From the IMG/VR virus record IMGVR_UViG_3300048560_000012, positions 1 through 41,151 of that record: a stretch of 41,151 bases of DNA; one strand, 5' to 3'. The translations under genes were made by a program, and so were the position numbers. This DNA is from a virus (lineage: Duplodnaviria > Caudoviricetes). Shown one piece after another: positions 1 through 9,344 of the stretch (the first letter of the stretch is position 1; each line of letters begins with the position of its first letter). The notes below the pieces were generated by a model. That model was given only the letters and a program-made list of their open reading frames with translations. It was not told the DNA's origin and did no database searches.

Positions 1-69
1 GTTAGGAAGTCATGAACTTGTCGGGGCAGCGTTCCGAATCCCCCCGTTCGAACTAGGAAAGGAAATCAG

Positions 70-543
70 ATGACCACAAGAAAAACGCAGCGCCTCGGAA
101 ACAACTCCGGTCTCGCTCAAACGAAATCAGCCGCAGGAGCCGTCACGGACAAGGTACCTGTTCCGAAGGGGGTAAAGTTCCAATCCAATGCGGACATCGT
201 GCTCTGGGAGCAGATCATCTCCACTCGCATTGCTGCGGACTGGCGGGACATTGACTTGTTGCTCGCCGCCAAGATGGTCGGCATCGAGCGGGACATCCGG
301 CGGTACCAGGAAACGCTGGACAACGAAGGCCCGGTCGTCTTCACGCTGAAGGGCACTCCGGTTCCAAACCCGTTGTTCAGCATCGTGAATACCTTGCAGT
401 CTCAACTCCTGAACATCGTTCGCGCTTTGAACCTGACCCGCACCGGCACCGACCCTCGCACCATGAACGCGGGGGGCAAGAAGCAGCAACAGTTTTCCAA
501 GCTCTTGGAAGACGCTGACGAGCTCATAGTGCGACCAAACTGA
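70..543 (+). CDS. terS: Terminase small subunit (P27 family-like)
   Basis: EGPVV..KGTPVPNPLFSIVNTLQSQLLNIVRALNLT motif; abuts terL. Confidence 0.85.
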   Translation: MTTRKTQRLGNNSGLAQTKSAAGAVTDKVPVPKGVKFQSNADIVLWEQIISTRIAADWRDIDLLLAAKMVGIERDIRRYQETLDNEGPVVFTLKGTPVPNPLFSIVNTLQSQLLNIVRALNLTRTGTDPRTMNAGGKKQQQFSKLLEDADELIVRPN

Positions 544-2132
544 TGGTGGCATCCCCGTTCAAATGCGGTCCCCGCATCAAGCGACGTGACTGGCGCAAGC
601 TACCTATTGCCAAGCTGACCCGCGCCGAACGGGCGATGCGGTTCATCGAGACGTACTGTCGCGTCCCAGAAGGGGCGCTGGTCGGGCAACCCATACGCCT
701 AGCCATTTTCCAAGAGGACTTCTTCTACGCGGTTCTGGACAACCCCAGCATCACTCGCAGGGCGTACCTCAGCATTGCGCGGAAGAACGCCAAGACGGCG
801 ATCATTGCATGTCTGCTGATTGTGTTTCTGGTCGGCCCCGAAGCGCGACAGAACTCTCAGATCTGCAGCGGCGCACGCAGCCGCGATCAAGCTGCGCAGG
901 TTTTCAACTACGCTCTGAAGATCATCATGTTCTCGCCGAAGCTGGCAGAGCTTTGTCGCATTGTGCCGTCGCGGAAAAAGATAGTAGGCCTCCCCATGAA
1001 TGTGGAGTACGCTGCGTCCAGCGCAGATGCGCATACGTCCATGGGCGGATCACCGATACTAGCGATCCTGGACGAGGTCGGGCAGGTGAAAGGGCCACAA
1101 GACGATTTCATCGATGCGATCACCACGTCACAGGGAGCGCATGAAAACCCATTGCTGGTCGCCATCTCCACGCAAGCGGCAGAGGACAACGACCTGCTCA
1201 GCGTCTGGCTGGATGACGCCGAGTCTTCGCAAGACCCGCACATCGTTTCGCATGTCTATACGGCCAAGCCGGGATGTGACGTATTGGACGAGAAGCAATG
1301 GGCAGCGGCGAATCCGGCGCTGGGACTGTTCCGCAACCGGAAGGATCTGGAAGAGCAAGCAAAGCAAGCGCATCGCATGCCAAGCGCGGAGAACACGTTT
1401 CGCAATCTATGCTTGAACCAGAGGGTCTCCACCACGTCTCCGTTCATCTCAACAGACGCTTGGAAATCTTGCGCTGGCGTGGTGCTCGATTTCGGAAGCT
1501 CGCCGGTATTCTGCGGACTGGATTTATCTGGTAGAACTGACTTGACTGCCCTTATCATGGTGGGCAGGGTGATGGGGGTATGGCAGGTGAGGGCGCACTT
1601 CTGGACTCCGGAGAAGGGGTTGAGGGAACGCTCCAAGCGTGACAGAGCACCCTATGACCTCTGGCACAAGCAAGGCTACCTGCATACGACCCCCGGCGCG
1701 ACGGTCGATTATGAATACGTTGCGCAGGATATCGGTGCCATCCTCACCGACCTCAACGTGCGGGGGATCGCGTATGACCGCTGGCGAATCGACATACTGC
1801 GCAAGGAGTTTGAGAACATCGGCCTTGACCTGCCGCTTGTGGAGTACGGGCAAGGGTTCAAGGACATGAGTCCCGCACTGGACGCCGTGGAGAGCGAACT
1901 GCTCAATGGTCGTATCGCGCATGGAGGGCATCCCGTTCTGACAATGTGCGCGGCGAATGCCGTGGTCTGCAAGGATCCCGCAGGTAACCGCAAGCTGGAC
2001 AAATCCAAGGGCACCGGTCGGATCGATGGTATGGTAGCTCTTGCGCAAGCAATGGGCATCGCGATCCGGGAGGAGGACCAAGATATCGACGCTTTTATTT
2101 CCGCTCCTTTGAGCTTATCACGGACGAACTGA
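543..2132 (+). CDS. terL: Terminase large subunit
   Basis: Walker A-like IARKNAKT, Walker B ILDEVG, nuclease motifs GLDLS and RIDGMVA. Confidence 0.95.
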   Translation: MVASPFKCGPRIKRRDWRKLPIAKLTRAERAMRFIETYCRVPEGALVGQPIRLAIFQEDFFYAVLDNPSITRRAYLSIARKNAKTAIIACLLIVFLVGPEARQNSQICSGARSRDQAAQVFNYALKIIMFSPKLAELCRIVPSRKKIVGLPMNVEYAASSADAHTSMGGSPILAILDEVGQVKGPQDDFIDAITTSQGAHENPLLVAISTQAAEDNDLLSVWLDDAESSQDPHIVSHVYTAKPGCDVLDEKQWAAANPALGLFRNRKDLEEQAKQAHRMPSAENTFRNLCLNQRVSTTSPFISTDAWKSCAGVVLDFGSSPVFCGLDLSGRTDLTALIMVGRVMGVWQVRAHFWTPEKGLRERSKRDRAPYDLWHKQGYLHTTPGATVDYEYVAQDIGAILTDLNVRGIAYDRWRIDILRKEFENIGLDLPLVEYGQGFKDMSPALDAVESELLNGRIAHGGHPVLTMCAANAVVCKDPAGNRKLDKSKGTGRIDGMVALAQAMGIAIREEDQDIDAFISAPLSLSRTN

Positions 2133-2133
2133 C

Positions 2134-3333
2134 ATGGCGCTCTTCAGCAAGATCCTCAGGTATTTTTCGGGCGGGGGGAGGACTCCCGGGTATCAATCGT
2201 CAGAGCCGAGCGGTGGCAGGCTCACAAAGCGGACAGTCACGGCGGACACGGCAATGCAACTGTCCGCCGTTTTCGCGTGCGTGCGACTGATCGCGGAAAC
2301 CATTGCGGGTCTTCCGCTGCGGTTTTACGAGCGGTCATCGGACGGGTCTCGCGTGCGAAACGAAAAGCATCCCCTGTATCGGCTCTTGAGCTACAAGCCG
2401 AACAGGTACCAGACGCGGGTCGAGTTCTTCGAAACGATCGTCATGCAATTAGCGCTCCATGGCAATGCGTATATCCATATCACTCGCAACGGCGGGGTCA
2501 TCATTTCATTGTTGCCTTTGATGTCCGTTCAGATGGCAGTCAAGTTGGATCTGCAGGGGAATGTGACGTATGAGTACAACGACGGCAGAAACTTGATGGT
2601 CTATGCGCAAGAATCCATCTGGCATATCAAATTGATGGGTAACGGACTGATCGGCATGTCGCCGTTGGACTACGCGCGGAATTCTATCGGGGTCGCCATC
2701 AGCGCGGAGGATCGGGTCAGCAAGATGTCGAATAACGGTTTCAAGCCGTCTGGTGTCTTGATGATCGACAAGGTGCTGAAGCCCGAACAGCGTGCGGCAG
2801 TCCGTGCATCGTTTGCCGATCTAGCCGAGGGGGGCGACGATGCGCTGAAAGTGCTGGAAGCCGGAATGACCTACCAGCAGGTCAGCATGAACCCGAAGGA
2901 TGTGCAGCTTCTGGAGACGAGGCGGTTTCAACTGGAAGATATCGCACGGTTCTTCGGCGTGCCCTCCGTGCTGATCAACGACACGTCGACTTCCACGGTC
3001 TGGGGGTCTGGCGTGGCGCAGATCGTGCAGGGATTCTACAAGCTGGGACTGCGCCCATATCTGGAACGGATTGAGTCGTCCCTGGAAATTTGGCTTCTTC
3101 CCATTATTGAACGCGGAGTGACAGAAGTAGAATTCGACTTCACGGCACTGCTTCGGGGAGACACTGCCGCAAGGTATGAAGCCTATGCCAAGGCGACGCT
3201 GAACGGGTTGAAGACGATCAACGAGTGTCGCTTGGAGGAAGGCGATCCGCCCGTACCGGGGGGTGAGGTAGCACGGACGCAACAGCAGATGATCCCCTTG
3301 ACCGCGTCCAACAGTTCGATCCCTGAGGGATGA
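2134..3333 (+). CDS. Portal protein, HK97 family
   Basis: SAVFACVRLIAETIAGLP, LALHGNAY, GMSPL, EDIARFFGVP. Confidence 0.95.
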   Translation: MALFSKILRYFSGGGRTPGYQSSEPSGGRLTKRTVTADTAMQLSAVFACVRLIAETIAGLPLRFYERSSDGSRVRNEKHPLYRLLSYKPNRYQTRVEFFETIVMQLALHGNAYIHITRNGGVIISLLPLMSVQMAVKLDLQGNVTYEYNDGRNLMVYAQESIWHIKLMGNGLIGMSPLDYARNSIGVAISAEDRVSKMSNNGFKPSGVLMIDKVLKPEQRAAVRASFADLAEGGDDALKVLEAGMTYQQVSMNPKDVQLLETRRFQLEDIARFFGVPSVLINDTSTSTVWGSGVAQIVQGFYKLGLRPYLERIESSLEIWLLPIIERGVTEVEFDFTALLRGDTAARYEAYAKATLNGLKTINECRLEEGDPPVPGGEVARTQQQMIPLTASNSSIPEG

Positions 3334-3359
3334 TACACTTTTCACTAGGAGTAAAGGCC

Positions 3360-4172
3360 ATGAGTCTTCGCAAATTACCCGAGATCAAAGCTCTTCAAGC
3401 GCCGAAGGGTGCGCAGTGGGATATTCCCTCCTCGGCGCTGGAGCGCTGGCGTCCTCTTGCTGAAGACCGCGAGGCGACGCTCAGCATCTACGAGGGTATC
3501 GGCGAACAGTGGGACGGTTCCGGCATGACGGCGAAGCGGGTCGGCGGCATCCTTCGCGCCAATGCCGGGAAGGACATCACGGTTTCGATCAACTCGCCCG
3601 GAGGCGATTTCTTTGACGGGATCGCCATCTATAACTTGTTGCGAGAGCATGATGGTGCGGTGAATGTCCGCGTCATGGCGCTGGCAGCGTCCGCAGCATC
3701 CATCATCGCGATGGCAGGAGACACGATCCAGATCGCGAAGGCCGGGTTCCTGATGATTCACAATGCGTGGTCTTTCGTTATCGGGAACCGTCACGACCTC
3801 AAGGAAGCAATCGGCGTGCTGGAACCGTTCGACACGGCAATGGCCGAAGTGTATGCCGACCGTTCCGGGATGGACGTTCGCGCCATTGCCAAGATGATGG
3901 ATGCAGACACATGGATCAATGGATCCGAAGCGCTGAAGCTGGGATTCGCGGATTCGTTATTGGACAAGGACACCGAGGAAGACCCGCAGGACAAGAGGAG
4001 CGCGTTGCTGCGGACGACCGACATCGCATTAGCAAAACAAGGCATCCCCCGTTCGCAGCGGCGGGAGATGCTGAACGAGTTGACTGGCACGCCGAGCGCT
4101 ACCAGTCGCATCACGCCGAGCGCTGATTTGGAAGTGCTGCAATCCCTATCTCAACTTTTCAAGAAGGAGTAA
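3360..4172 (+). CDS. ClpP-like (S14) head maturation protease
   Basis: INSPGGD, AASAASIIAMAG, LMIHNAW; ATG 3360 has an AGGAG SD, so preferred over track start 3330. Confidence 0.92.
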   Translation: MSLRKLPEIKALQAPKGAQWDIPSSALERWRPLAEDREATLSIYEGIGEQWDGSGMTAKRVGGILRANAGKDITVSINSPGGDFFDGIAIYNLLREHDGAVNVRVMALAASAASIIAMAGDTIQIAKAGFLMIHNAWSFVIGNRHDLKEAIGVLEPFDTAMAEVYADRSGMDVRAIAKMMDADTWINGSEALKLGFADSLLDKDTEEDPQDKRSALLRTTDIALAKQGIPRSQRREMLNELTGTPSATSRITPSADLEVLQSLSQLFKKE

Positions 4173-4176
4173 TACC

Positions 4177-5412
4177 ATGCAACAGTCTCACAAGAATGTC
4201 CGCGGTATTTTCGCGGTTCGTGCGGATGCGTCTCCGGCAGAACTGGTCGCCCAGATCAAGGCCGGATTCGAAACGTTCAAGGCAGCGCAAGCCGACACCG
4301 ACAAGCGCATCGAAGCCTATGCCAAGGCGCAAGCCGAGGGCGCCGCAACCGAAGCCAAGGCGGCTCTGCAAGCGGCCGAGGCGAGTGCCAAGCAAGTCCA
4401 GGCACTGGCCGATCGGCTGGTCGAGGCAGAGCAGAAGCTCATTGCCGGGGTGATGAAAGGCATTCAGGCGCCGCAGTCTTTGGGGGCGCTGGTCGTCGCG
4501 TCGGACGCATTCAAGCAGTTCCAGTCCGGCTCGACGAACAAGATGCGCATCGAAGCCAATACGATTACCGGTCAATCGGGTTCTCCGGTGGAGAACAACG
4601 ATACGCTGACGCAAACGCAGCGTCTCCCCGGTATCGTTGGCGGAGCGTTCCGTGCGCTGCGGATCCGTGACGTTCTGCCTTCGGGGAATACCGCGAGCAA
4701 CATCGTGGAGTTCACCCGGGAACTGGCCTTCACGAACAACGCGGCAGAAACGGCGGAAGGCGCGACCAAGCCGGAAACGTCCATCACCTTCGAGCTGGCG
4801 AATGCTCCGGTGCGCACCATTGCGCATTGGATCAAGCTGTCCCGTCAGGTGATGGACGATGCCCCGGCGGTTGCCAGCTATGTCGATACGCGTCTCCGTT
4901 ATGGCGTGGAACGTCGTATCGATGCGCAACTGATCGCCGGCAACGGCGTCGGCCAGAACCTTTCGGGTCTGACCAATTCGGGCAACTTCACAGCCTTTAC
5001 CCCGGTAACGGGAGACACGGCTCTGGACAGTCTGAACAAGGCCAAATATCTGATCGAAGCGTCCGACTACTCGGCGACCGCCATCGTCATGAATCCGGCG
5101 GACTGGGGTGCGATCGAACGCAACAAGACCAGCTACGGCGAATACGTGATCGGTGATCCGCGTTCGGCCATCGGTCCCGTTCTCTGGGGTCTGCCGGTGG
5201 TCGTGTCCAATTCCATGGTTTCGGGCAAACTGCTTGTCGGTGCCTTCGACATCGCCGCGCAGGTTTGGAACCGGGAAGGCGTTGCGGTCGAAATGACCGA
5301 AAGCAACGACACGGACTTCGTGAAGAACCTTGTCACTGTCCGTGCCGAAGCGCGTTTGGCGCTCGCTGTCTATCGCCCCGCGTCGGTCTACTACGGCAAT
5401 CTCACCCTGTAA
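4177..5412 (+). CDS. Major capsid protein, HK97 fold
   Basis: Coiled-coil delta domain, AEGATKPE, VRTIAHW, MNPADW, LWGLPVV, DFVKNLVTVRAEAR. Confidence 0.95.
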   Translation: MQQSHKNVRGIFAVRADASPAELVAQIKAGFETFKAAQADTDKRIEAYAKAQAEGAATEAKAALQAAEASAKQVQALADRLVEAEQKLIAGVMKGIQAPQSLGALVVASDAFKQFQSGSTNKMRIEANTITGQSGSPVENNDTLTQTQRLPGIVGGAFRALRIRDVLPSGNTASNIVEFTRELAFTNNAAETAEGATKPETSITFELANAPVRTIAHWIKLSRQVMDDAPAVASYVDTRLRYGVERRIDAQLIAGNGVGQNLSGLTNSGNFTAFTPVTGDTALDSLNKAKYLIEASDYSATAIVMNPADWGAIERNKTSYGEYVIGDPRSAIGPVLWGLPVVVSNSMVSGKLLVGAFDIAAQVWNREGVAVEMTESNDTDFVKNLVTVRAEARLALAVYRPASVYYGNLTL

Positions 5413-5436
5413 CGGGGGGTTTCACTTACCATGGAG

Positions 5437-5463
5437 CGGGAGAGGGAAACCTCTCCCGTTTTT
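5437..5463 (+). terminator. Intrinsic terminator after the MCP
   Basis: CGGGAGAGG-GAAA-CCTCTCCCG followed by TTTTT. Confidence 0.75.
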
Positions 5464-5466
5464 ACG

Positions 5467-5754
5467 ATGAAAGAATGTATCGCTTTAAAGGATTTCATCT
5501 CCCCCGTCTTCGGCAACGTGGATGAAGGGCGTCGTCTTCCATTGGAGGACAGAGCCGCTGCGCAATGGGAAGAAGCCGGTCTGGTGCGTATTGCTGTAGA
5601 TGTCTCGGTCGCTCCTGTGATTCCGTCGGTGGGAAACGCCGAGACCCTTGCGTCTTCGTCTGCATCGCAAGCGGTCCCAGCCTCACCGAAGCAGACTGCG
5701 AGCGCGTCCGCCTCTGGCGCGAAGAAGATCAGCAGGATGAAGTCCGGCGCGTAA
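5467..5754 (+). CDS. Small post-capsid protein, possibly head-associated, with Ser/Ala-rich C-tail (alternative start 5431)
   Basis: ALKDF..G.V..G...L.D..A..W...GLV resembles small domains encoded after MCP genes; low-complexity tail. Confidence 0.65.
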   Translation: MKECIALKDFISPVFGNVDEGRRLPLEDRAAAQWEEAGLVRIAVDVSVAPVIPSVGNAETLASSSASQAVPASPKQTASASASGAKKISRMKSGA

Positions 5755-7100
5755 TCGTAATCAATACGACGTTCAAGCTCGCTCCGTGGGCAGACTATCT
5801 TTATGCCTGTGACGCCGAATGGTGGAAGCGGTACCACCAGGAAGCCATGTCCGAATTTCGGGGAGAGCTCTGGACCCAGGACGAGCACGCGAGGGGGTAT
5901 GGCCAGATGCACCATGTACATGGAGAGCGCAAGTCTGGTCTCTGTACAGAACCCGGAAAAATCTATTTCGGTGGGAACAGCGGGTATCAGGCCATGAATC
6001 TCGCGTTCCATTTTGGTGCATTCCGAATGATTCTCCTCGGCTATGACATGCAGCAGACAGGGGGGAAATCTCATTGGCATGGGGATCACCCACAAGGATT
6101 GAGCCGGAGTTCTCCTTTGGGGGAATGGGTCAAGCAGTTTCGTTCTCTGGCAACTGACTTGAAGGCACAAGGAGTCAAGGTATTGAACGCGTCTCGTCAG
6201 ACTGCGTTGGACTGTTTCGACAGGTCGCCTCTGGAAGACGCGTTGAAGGTCACCGTCGTTGAAGGAATGCGTGGTCTCGGGGACAACATCTATCAACGCG
6301 CCTTTGTCAAAGCGATACCGGGGTCGGTCTATTTATCGACTCCGTGGCCGGAGCTCTACGCAGACCTGCCCAATGTTCGGTTCATGCTGGCCAGGACAAC
6401 GCTCCGTACTCAAGCAGAGAATATCTCACACCAGTCGCCGAAGACATGGCAGCTTCGGCCGCGCAATGCCGCAGAAGTGCAAGTGCAGTACGGGACGAAC
6501 AGTTTCAGGCGGGGGTCTTTGCTGGACGGAATGTCGCAATGTTTCGGTTTCCGTCCGCAGGAATTTGACTTGCCGTATTTCGGGGAGTGCCCGGTACAGA
6601 CAGACAAGCCGATCGCTCTGGTGCGTCCGGTGACAGTGCGCAGCGAGTGGCGTGCGGACGCCCGTAACCCCCTGCCAGAGTACGTTTCGATGGCCGCAGA
6701 GCGGCTTCGCGCGGTCGGGTACCACGTGGTCAGCGTTGCGCATTTGCGCCCCCCAGAGGAGGTTCTGGTAGGTTCTGCGCCTCCTGCGGATACGACACTG
6801 CATGCGGGGGAATTGGATGTACGGCAGTTGATGGCGCTTGTGCAGCATGCGCAAGTTCTTGTCGGCGGGGTCGGTTGGATAGTCCCCGCCGCTCTAGCTG
6901 CAAAGAAGCCGTGTCTTGTTATCGCTGGCGGACTAGGGGCGCACAATGCTCCGGAGAAGGTACTTCCGTCCGAGGGGGCGGAGCATGTGACATTTCTCCT
7001 TCCGGACAGATATTGTCGTTGTGACCAGATGCGGCATTCTTGCCAGAAGACAATTAGCGACATTGAGAAAAAGGTGGATACGTGGATAACGTCTCTCTGA
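5565..7100 (+). CDS. Two-domain glycosyltransferase: DUF115/Maf/sialyltransferase-like N-domain plus GT9-like GT-B domain (true N-terminus probably made by frameshift)
   Basis: CIASGPSL, VIVIN, NSGYQAMNLA..LLGYDM, VLNAS; then GMRGLGDNIY, TPWPELY, LVGGVGWIVPAALAA. Confidence 0.75.
   Translation: MGRSRSGAYCCRCLGRSCDSVGGKRRDPCVFVCIASGPSLTEADCERVRLWREEDQQDEVRRVIVINTTFKLAPWADYLYACDAEWWKRYHQEAMSEFRGELWTQDEHARGYGQMHHVHGERKSGLCTEPGKIYFGGNSGYQAMNLAFHFGAFRMILLGYDMQQTGGKSHWHGDHPQGLSRSSPLGEWVKQFRSLATDLKAQGVKVLNASRQTALDCFDRSPLEDALKVTVVEGMRGLGDNIYQRAFVKAIPGSVYLSTPWPELYADLPNVRFMLARTTLRTQAENISHQSPKTWQLRPRNAAEVQVQYGTNSFRRGSLLDGMSQCFGFRPQEFDLPYFGECPVQTDKPIALVRPVTVRSEWRADARNPLPEYVSMAAERLRAVGYHVVSVAHLRPPEEVLVGSAPPADTTLHAGELDVRQLMALVQHAQVLVGGVGWIVPAALAAKKPCLVIAGGLGAHNAPEKVLPSEGAEHVTFLLPDRYCRCDQMRHSCQKTISDIEKKVDTWITSL
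5631..5696 (+). promoter_or_regulatory. Putative -1 frameshift signal: G_GGA_AAC plus downstream hairpin/pseudoknot
   Basis: Heptamer in phase with the 5467 ORF; -1 frame is the GT ORF; stem 5643-5652/5666-5676 begins 5 nt downstream. Confidence 0.6.
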
Positions 7101-7702
7101 AAATGCAAGGTCTTTTATGGTGTGAAGCAGTTGGGATCGGGTACTATCCGGTCGACCCGAAAAGCACTCCGTACGACGAGGACTATTTCGCCAAGTATCA
7201 AGTCATGGAAGTGACTCCGCTGGGGGACGCTCTGGTAGCATCGCGTTTGGCATTGGTGCGGGGGCGGATGTCTCCCGCTGATGTGATCGACATCGGAATT
7301 GGAAGCGGTGCTTTTGTTCGTGCGGCAGACTGCGAAGGATACGACATCAATCCGTGTGCTGTTTCGTGGTTACGGGAGAACGCGAAGTGGCATGATCCGT
7401 ATGACGGGGATAAGGTAAGAGCGGTTTGTTGTTGGGATTCTCTGGAGCACATTCAGATTCCATCTGTTTTGCTGAATCAGGTATCTGAGTACGTCTTCTT
7501 ATCTATTCCGATTTTTCGGGACGCAGATCATGTTCTGCGGTCAAAGCATTTTCGGAAAGACGAACATTACTGGTACTTCACGGATTTGGGGTTGAAGCGG
7601 TTCATGAAGTACCATGGATTTGACTGTGTCGAGCAGAATGCGATGGAGACCGTTTTAGGTCGGGAAGACATAGGGTCTTACGTTTTCAGGAGAAAAGCAT
7701 GA
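7082..7702 (+). CDS. Class I SAM-dependent methyltransferase
   Basis: VIDIGIGSGAF, GYDINP, WDSLEHI, EHYWYFT. Confidence 0.8.
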   Translation: MDNVSLKMQGLLWCEAVGIGYYPVDPKSTPYDEDYFAKYQVMEVTPLGDALVASRLALVRGRMSPADVIDIGIGSGAFVRAADCEGYDINPCAVSWLRENAKWHDPYDGDKVRAVCCWDSLEHIQIPSVLLNQVSEYVFLSIPIFRDADHVLRSKHFRKDEHYWYFTDLGLKRFMKYHGFDCVEQNAMETVLGREDIGSYVFRRKA

Positions 7703-8262
7703 AGATCATTTCCCCGCCGTCTGAAGTGCTGACTGTTGCAGAGGTTGCGGATCATTTGCGTATCGGAGACAGTCCATATCCTGATGAGACCTTGCTTGAA
7801 GACCTTATCATTGCAGCGCGTCAGTGGGCGGAGGACTACCTCCGTCGTGCCATCGGAGAGCAAACGCTGGAAGACGCGTTCGCTTCTTTCGCGGCCATCA
7901 GGCTACGCCCTCCGGTCGCTTCCATCGACAGCATCTACTACAAAATCAGTGGCGTTTCTACGCTGCTCGCTGCGAGCACGTACGACCTCATGGACGACCC
8001 CGACAAGGGCGGAGTACGCCTTGCGTATGGGCAGTCGTGGCCGTCTGTCGACCCCGTCGAGGATGCCGTAGTCGTGCGTTACACGGCGGGATACGTGACA
8101 GGGAGCCCGAACACGCTACCCGGCCCGATCCGTTCTGCGATGCTGCTCGTTATCGGTGACCTGTACGAGAACCGAGAAGCTCAGATTCTCGGTACCATAG
8201 TCACGGAGAACAAAACCGTGGAGCGTTTGGTTTCGACGTACCGTCTGGAGATGGGGATATGA
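7699..8262 (+). CDS. Head-tail connector (gp6-like)
   Basis: EVADHLRI, IIAARQWAEDY, YTAGY, IRSAMLLVIGDLYENRE. Confidence 0.88.
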   Translation: MKIISPPSEVLTVAEVADHLRIGDSPYPDETLLEDLIIAARQWAEDYLRRAIGEQTLEDAFASFAAIRLRPPVASIDSIYYKISGVSTLLAASTYDLMDDPDKGGVRLAYGQSWPSVDPVEDAVVVRYTAGYVTGSPNTLPGPIRSAMLLVIGDLYENREAQILGTIVTENKTVERLVSTYRLEMGI

Positions 8263-8570
8263 GATCCGGTAAGCTAGACCGTCGGATCACGCTGCAGACG
8301 CTGACCATTTCGCGAGACGGTTATGGCGCAACGATCGAAACATGGACAGACTTGGACACGGTCTGGGCGGAAGTAGTCCCGCTGAAGGGAACAGAGTATT
8401 TTGCAGCAGCGCAGATCGTGGTGGAGGAACAACTGAAGTTTCGTATCCGTTATCGCAGTGACCTTACCGAGAAGGTTCGGATTACTTATAACGGTCAGAC
8501 ATACGATGTTCAGAATATCACGGAGATCGGCCGTCGGCAAGGTCTGGAGCTATTGGGCAAGCGACCATGA
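8259..8570 (+). CDS. Head closure protein (SPP1 gp16-like)
   Basis: GKLDRRITLQ, VWAEV, FRIRYR. Confidence 0.9.
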   Translation: MRSGKLDRRITLQTLTISRDGYGATIETWTDLDTVWAEVVPLKGTEYFAAAQIVVEEQLKFRIRYRSDLTEKVRITYNGQTYDVQNITEIGRRQGLELLGKRP

Positions 8571-8983
8571 TAGAGGTTAAAGTAGAAGGCATGGAAGCTC
8601 TTAAAAGAGAATTCGCCAAGCTACCGCAAGAGCTACACGCAAAGGCGCTTAGACTGGCTGTCAATGCTGCGGCGGGAGTGGTGCGGAAACAGGCGATGAC
8701 GACTGCCCCGGTGGATACGAGGGTATTGCGCAAAGCCATATACCAGACTCGCAGTCGCAGTGAGTCGAGTGCTTCCCAGGAAACCGCGATTGTCGGAATA
8801 CGCTTCGGCAAGAAGTATCGGCGTCGCGGGATGGACGCATGGTATTGGAAGTTCATCGAGTTCGGAACGTCCAAGTTATCCGCGCGTCCTTTTCTGCGCC
8901 CCGCTTTTGAGAGCACAAAATCGAAGCAGGTCGATGCCATCGTGGCGCGACTGCGCAAATTCTTTTTGAGGTATCGCGGGTGA
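8567..8983 (+). CDS. HK97 gp10-family tail component
   Basis: APVDT, YWKFIEFGTSK..ARPFLRPAF. Confidence 0.9.
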   Translation: MIEVKVEGMEALKREFAKLPQELHAKALRLAVNAAAGVVRKQAMTTAPVDTRVLRKAIYQTRSRSESSASQETAIVGIRFGKKYRRRGMDAWYWKFIEFGTSKLSARPFLRPAFESTKSKQVDAIVARLRKFFLRYRG

Positions 8984-9333
8984 AAGAGAACGATATCTAC
9001 ACTGCCTTGGCTTCAGGGTCTCCCTTGCCGACATCGGCGGGGGTACGCGTCTATCCCGTACTGATGCCGCAGGGCGTGACGATGCCAGCGATTCGGTATC
9101 AGCGCGTTGGCGTGGTGCCGACATCGTCGCTGGATGGGGACAGCGGCAAGGATCTTGTTCGGTTTCAGATCGACTGTTTTGCAGGGACGTACGCAGCGGT
9201 GAAGGCTCTTGCCGTTGAAGTCCGTGCAGCGCTGACGGCGATCGGAGCGCTATTCGTCAGTGACATTGACGGGTATGAGGACGATACGAAACTGTATCGG
9301 GAGACGTTGGACTATTCTATCTGGACTGACTAG
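8980..9333 (+). CDS. Tail terminator (DUF3168-like)
   Basis: RVYP..MPQ...PAIRY, RFQIDCFA; gene position. Confidence 0.8.
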   Translation: MKENDIYTALASGSPLPTSAGVRVYPVLMPQGVTMPAIRYQRVGVVPTSSLDGDSGKDLVRFQIDCFAGTYAAVKALAVEVRAALTAIGALFVSDIDGYEDDTKLYRETLDYSIWTD

Positions 9334-9344
9334 GAGGTACTGCA

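Noticed and set aside
5444-5450. Another GGGAAAC heptamer
   Set aside because: Not in slippery phase for the 5431 frame (AGG GAA ACC); it is the terminator stem-loop.
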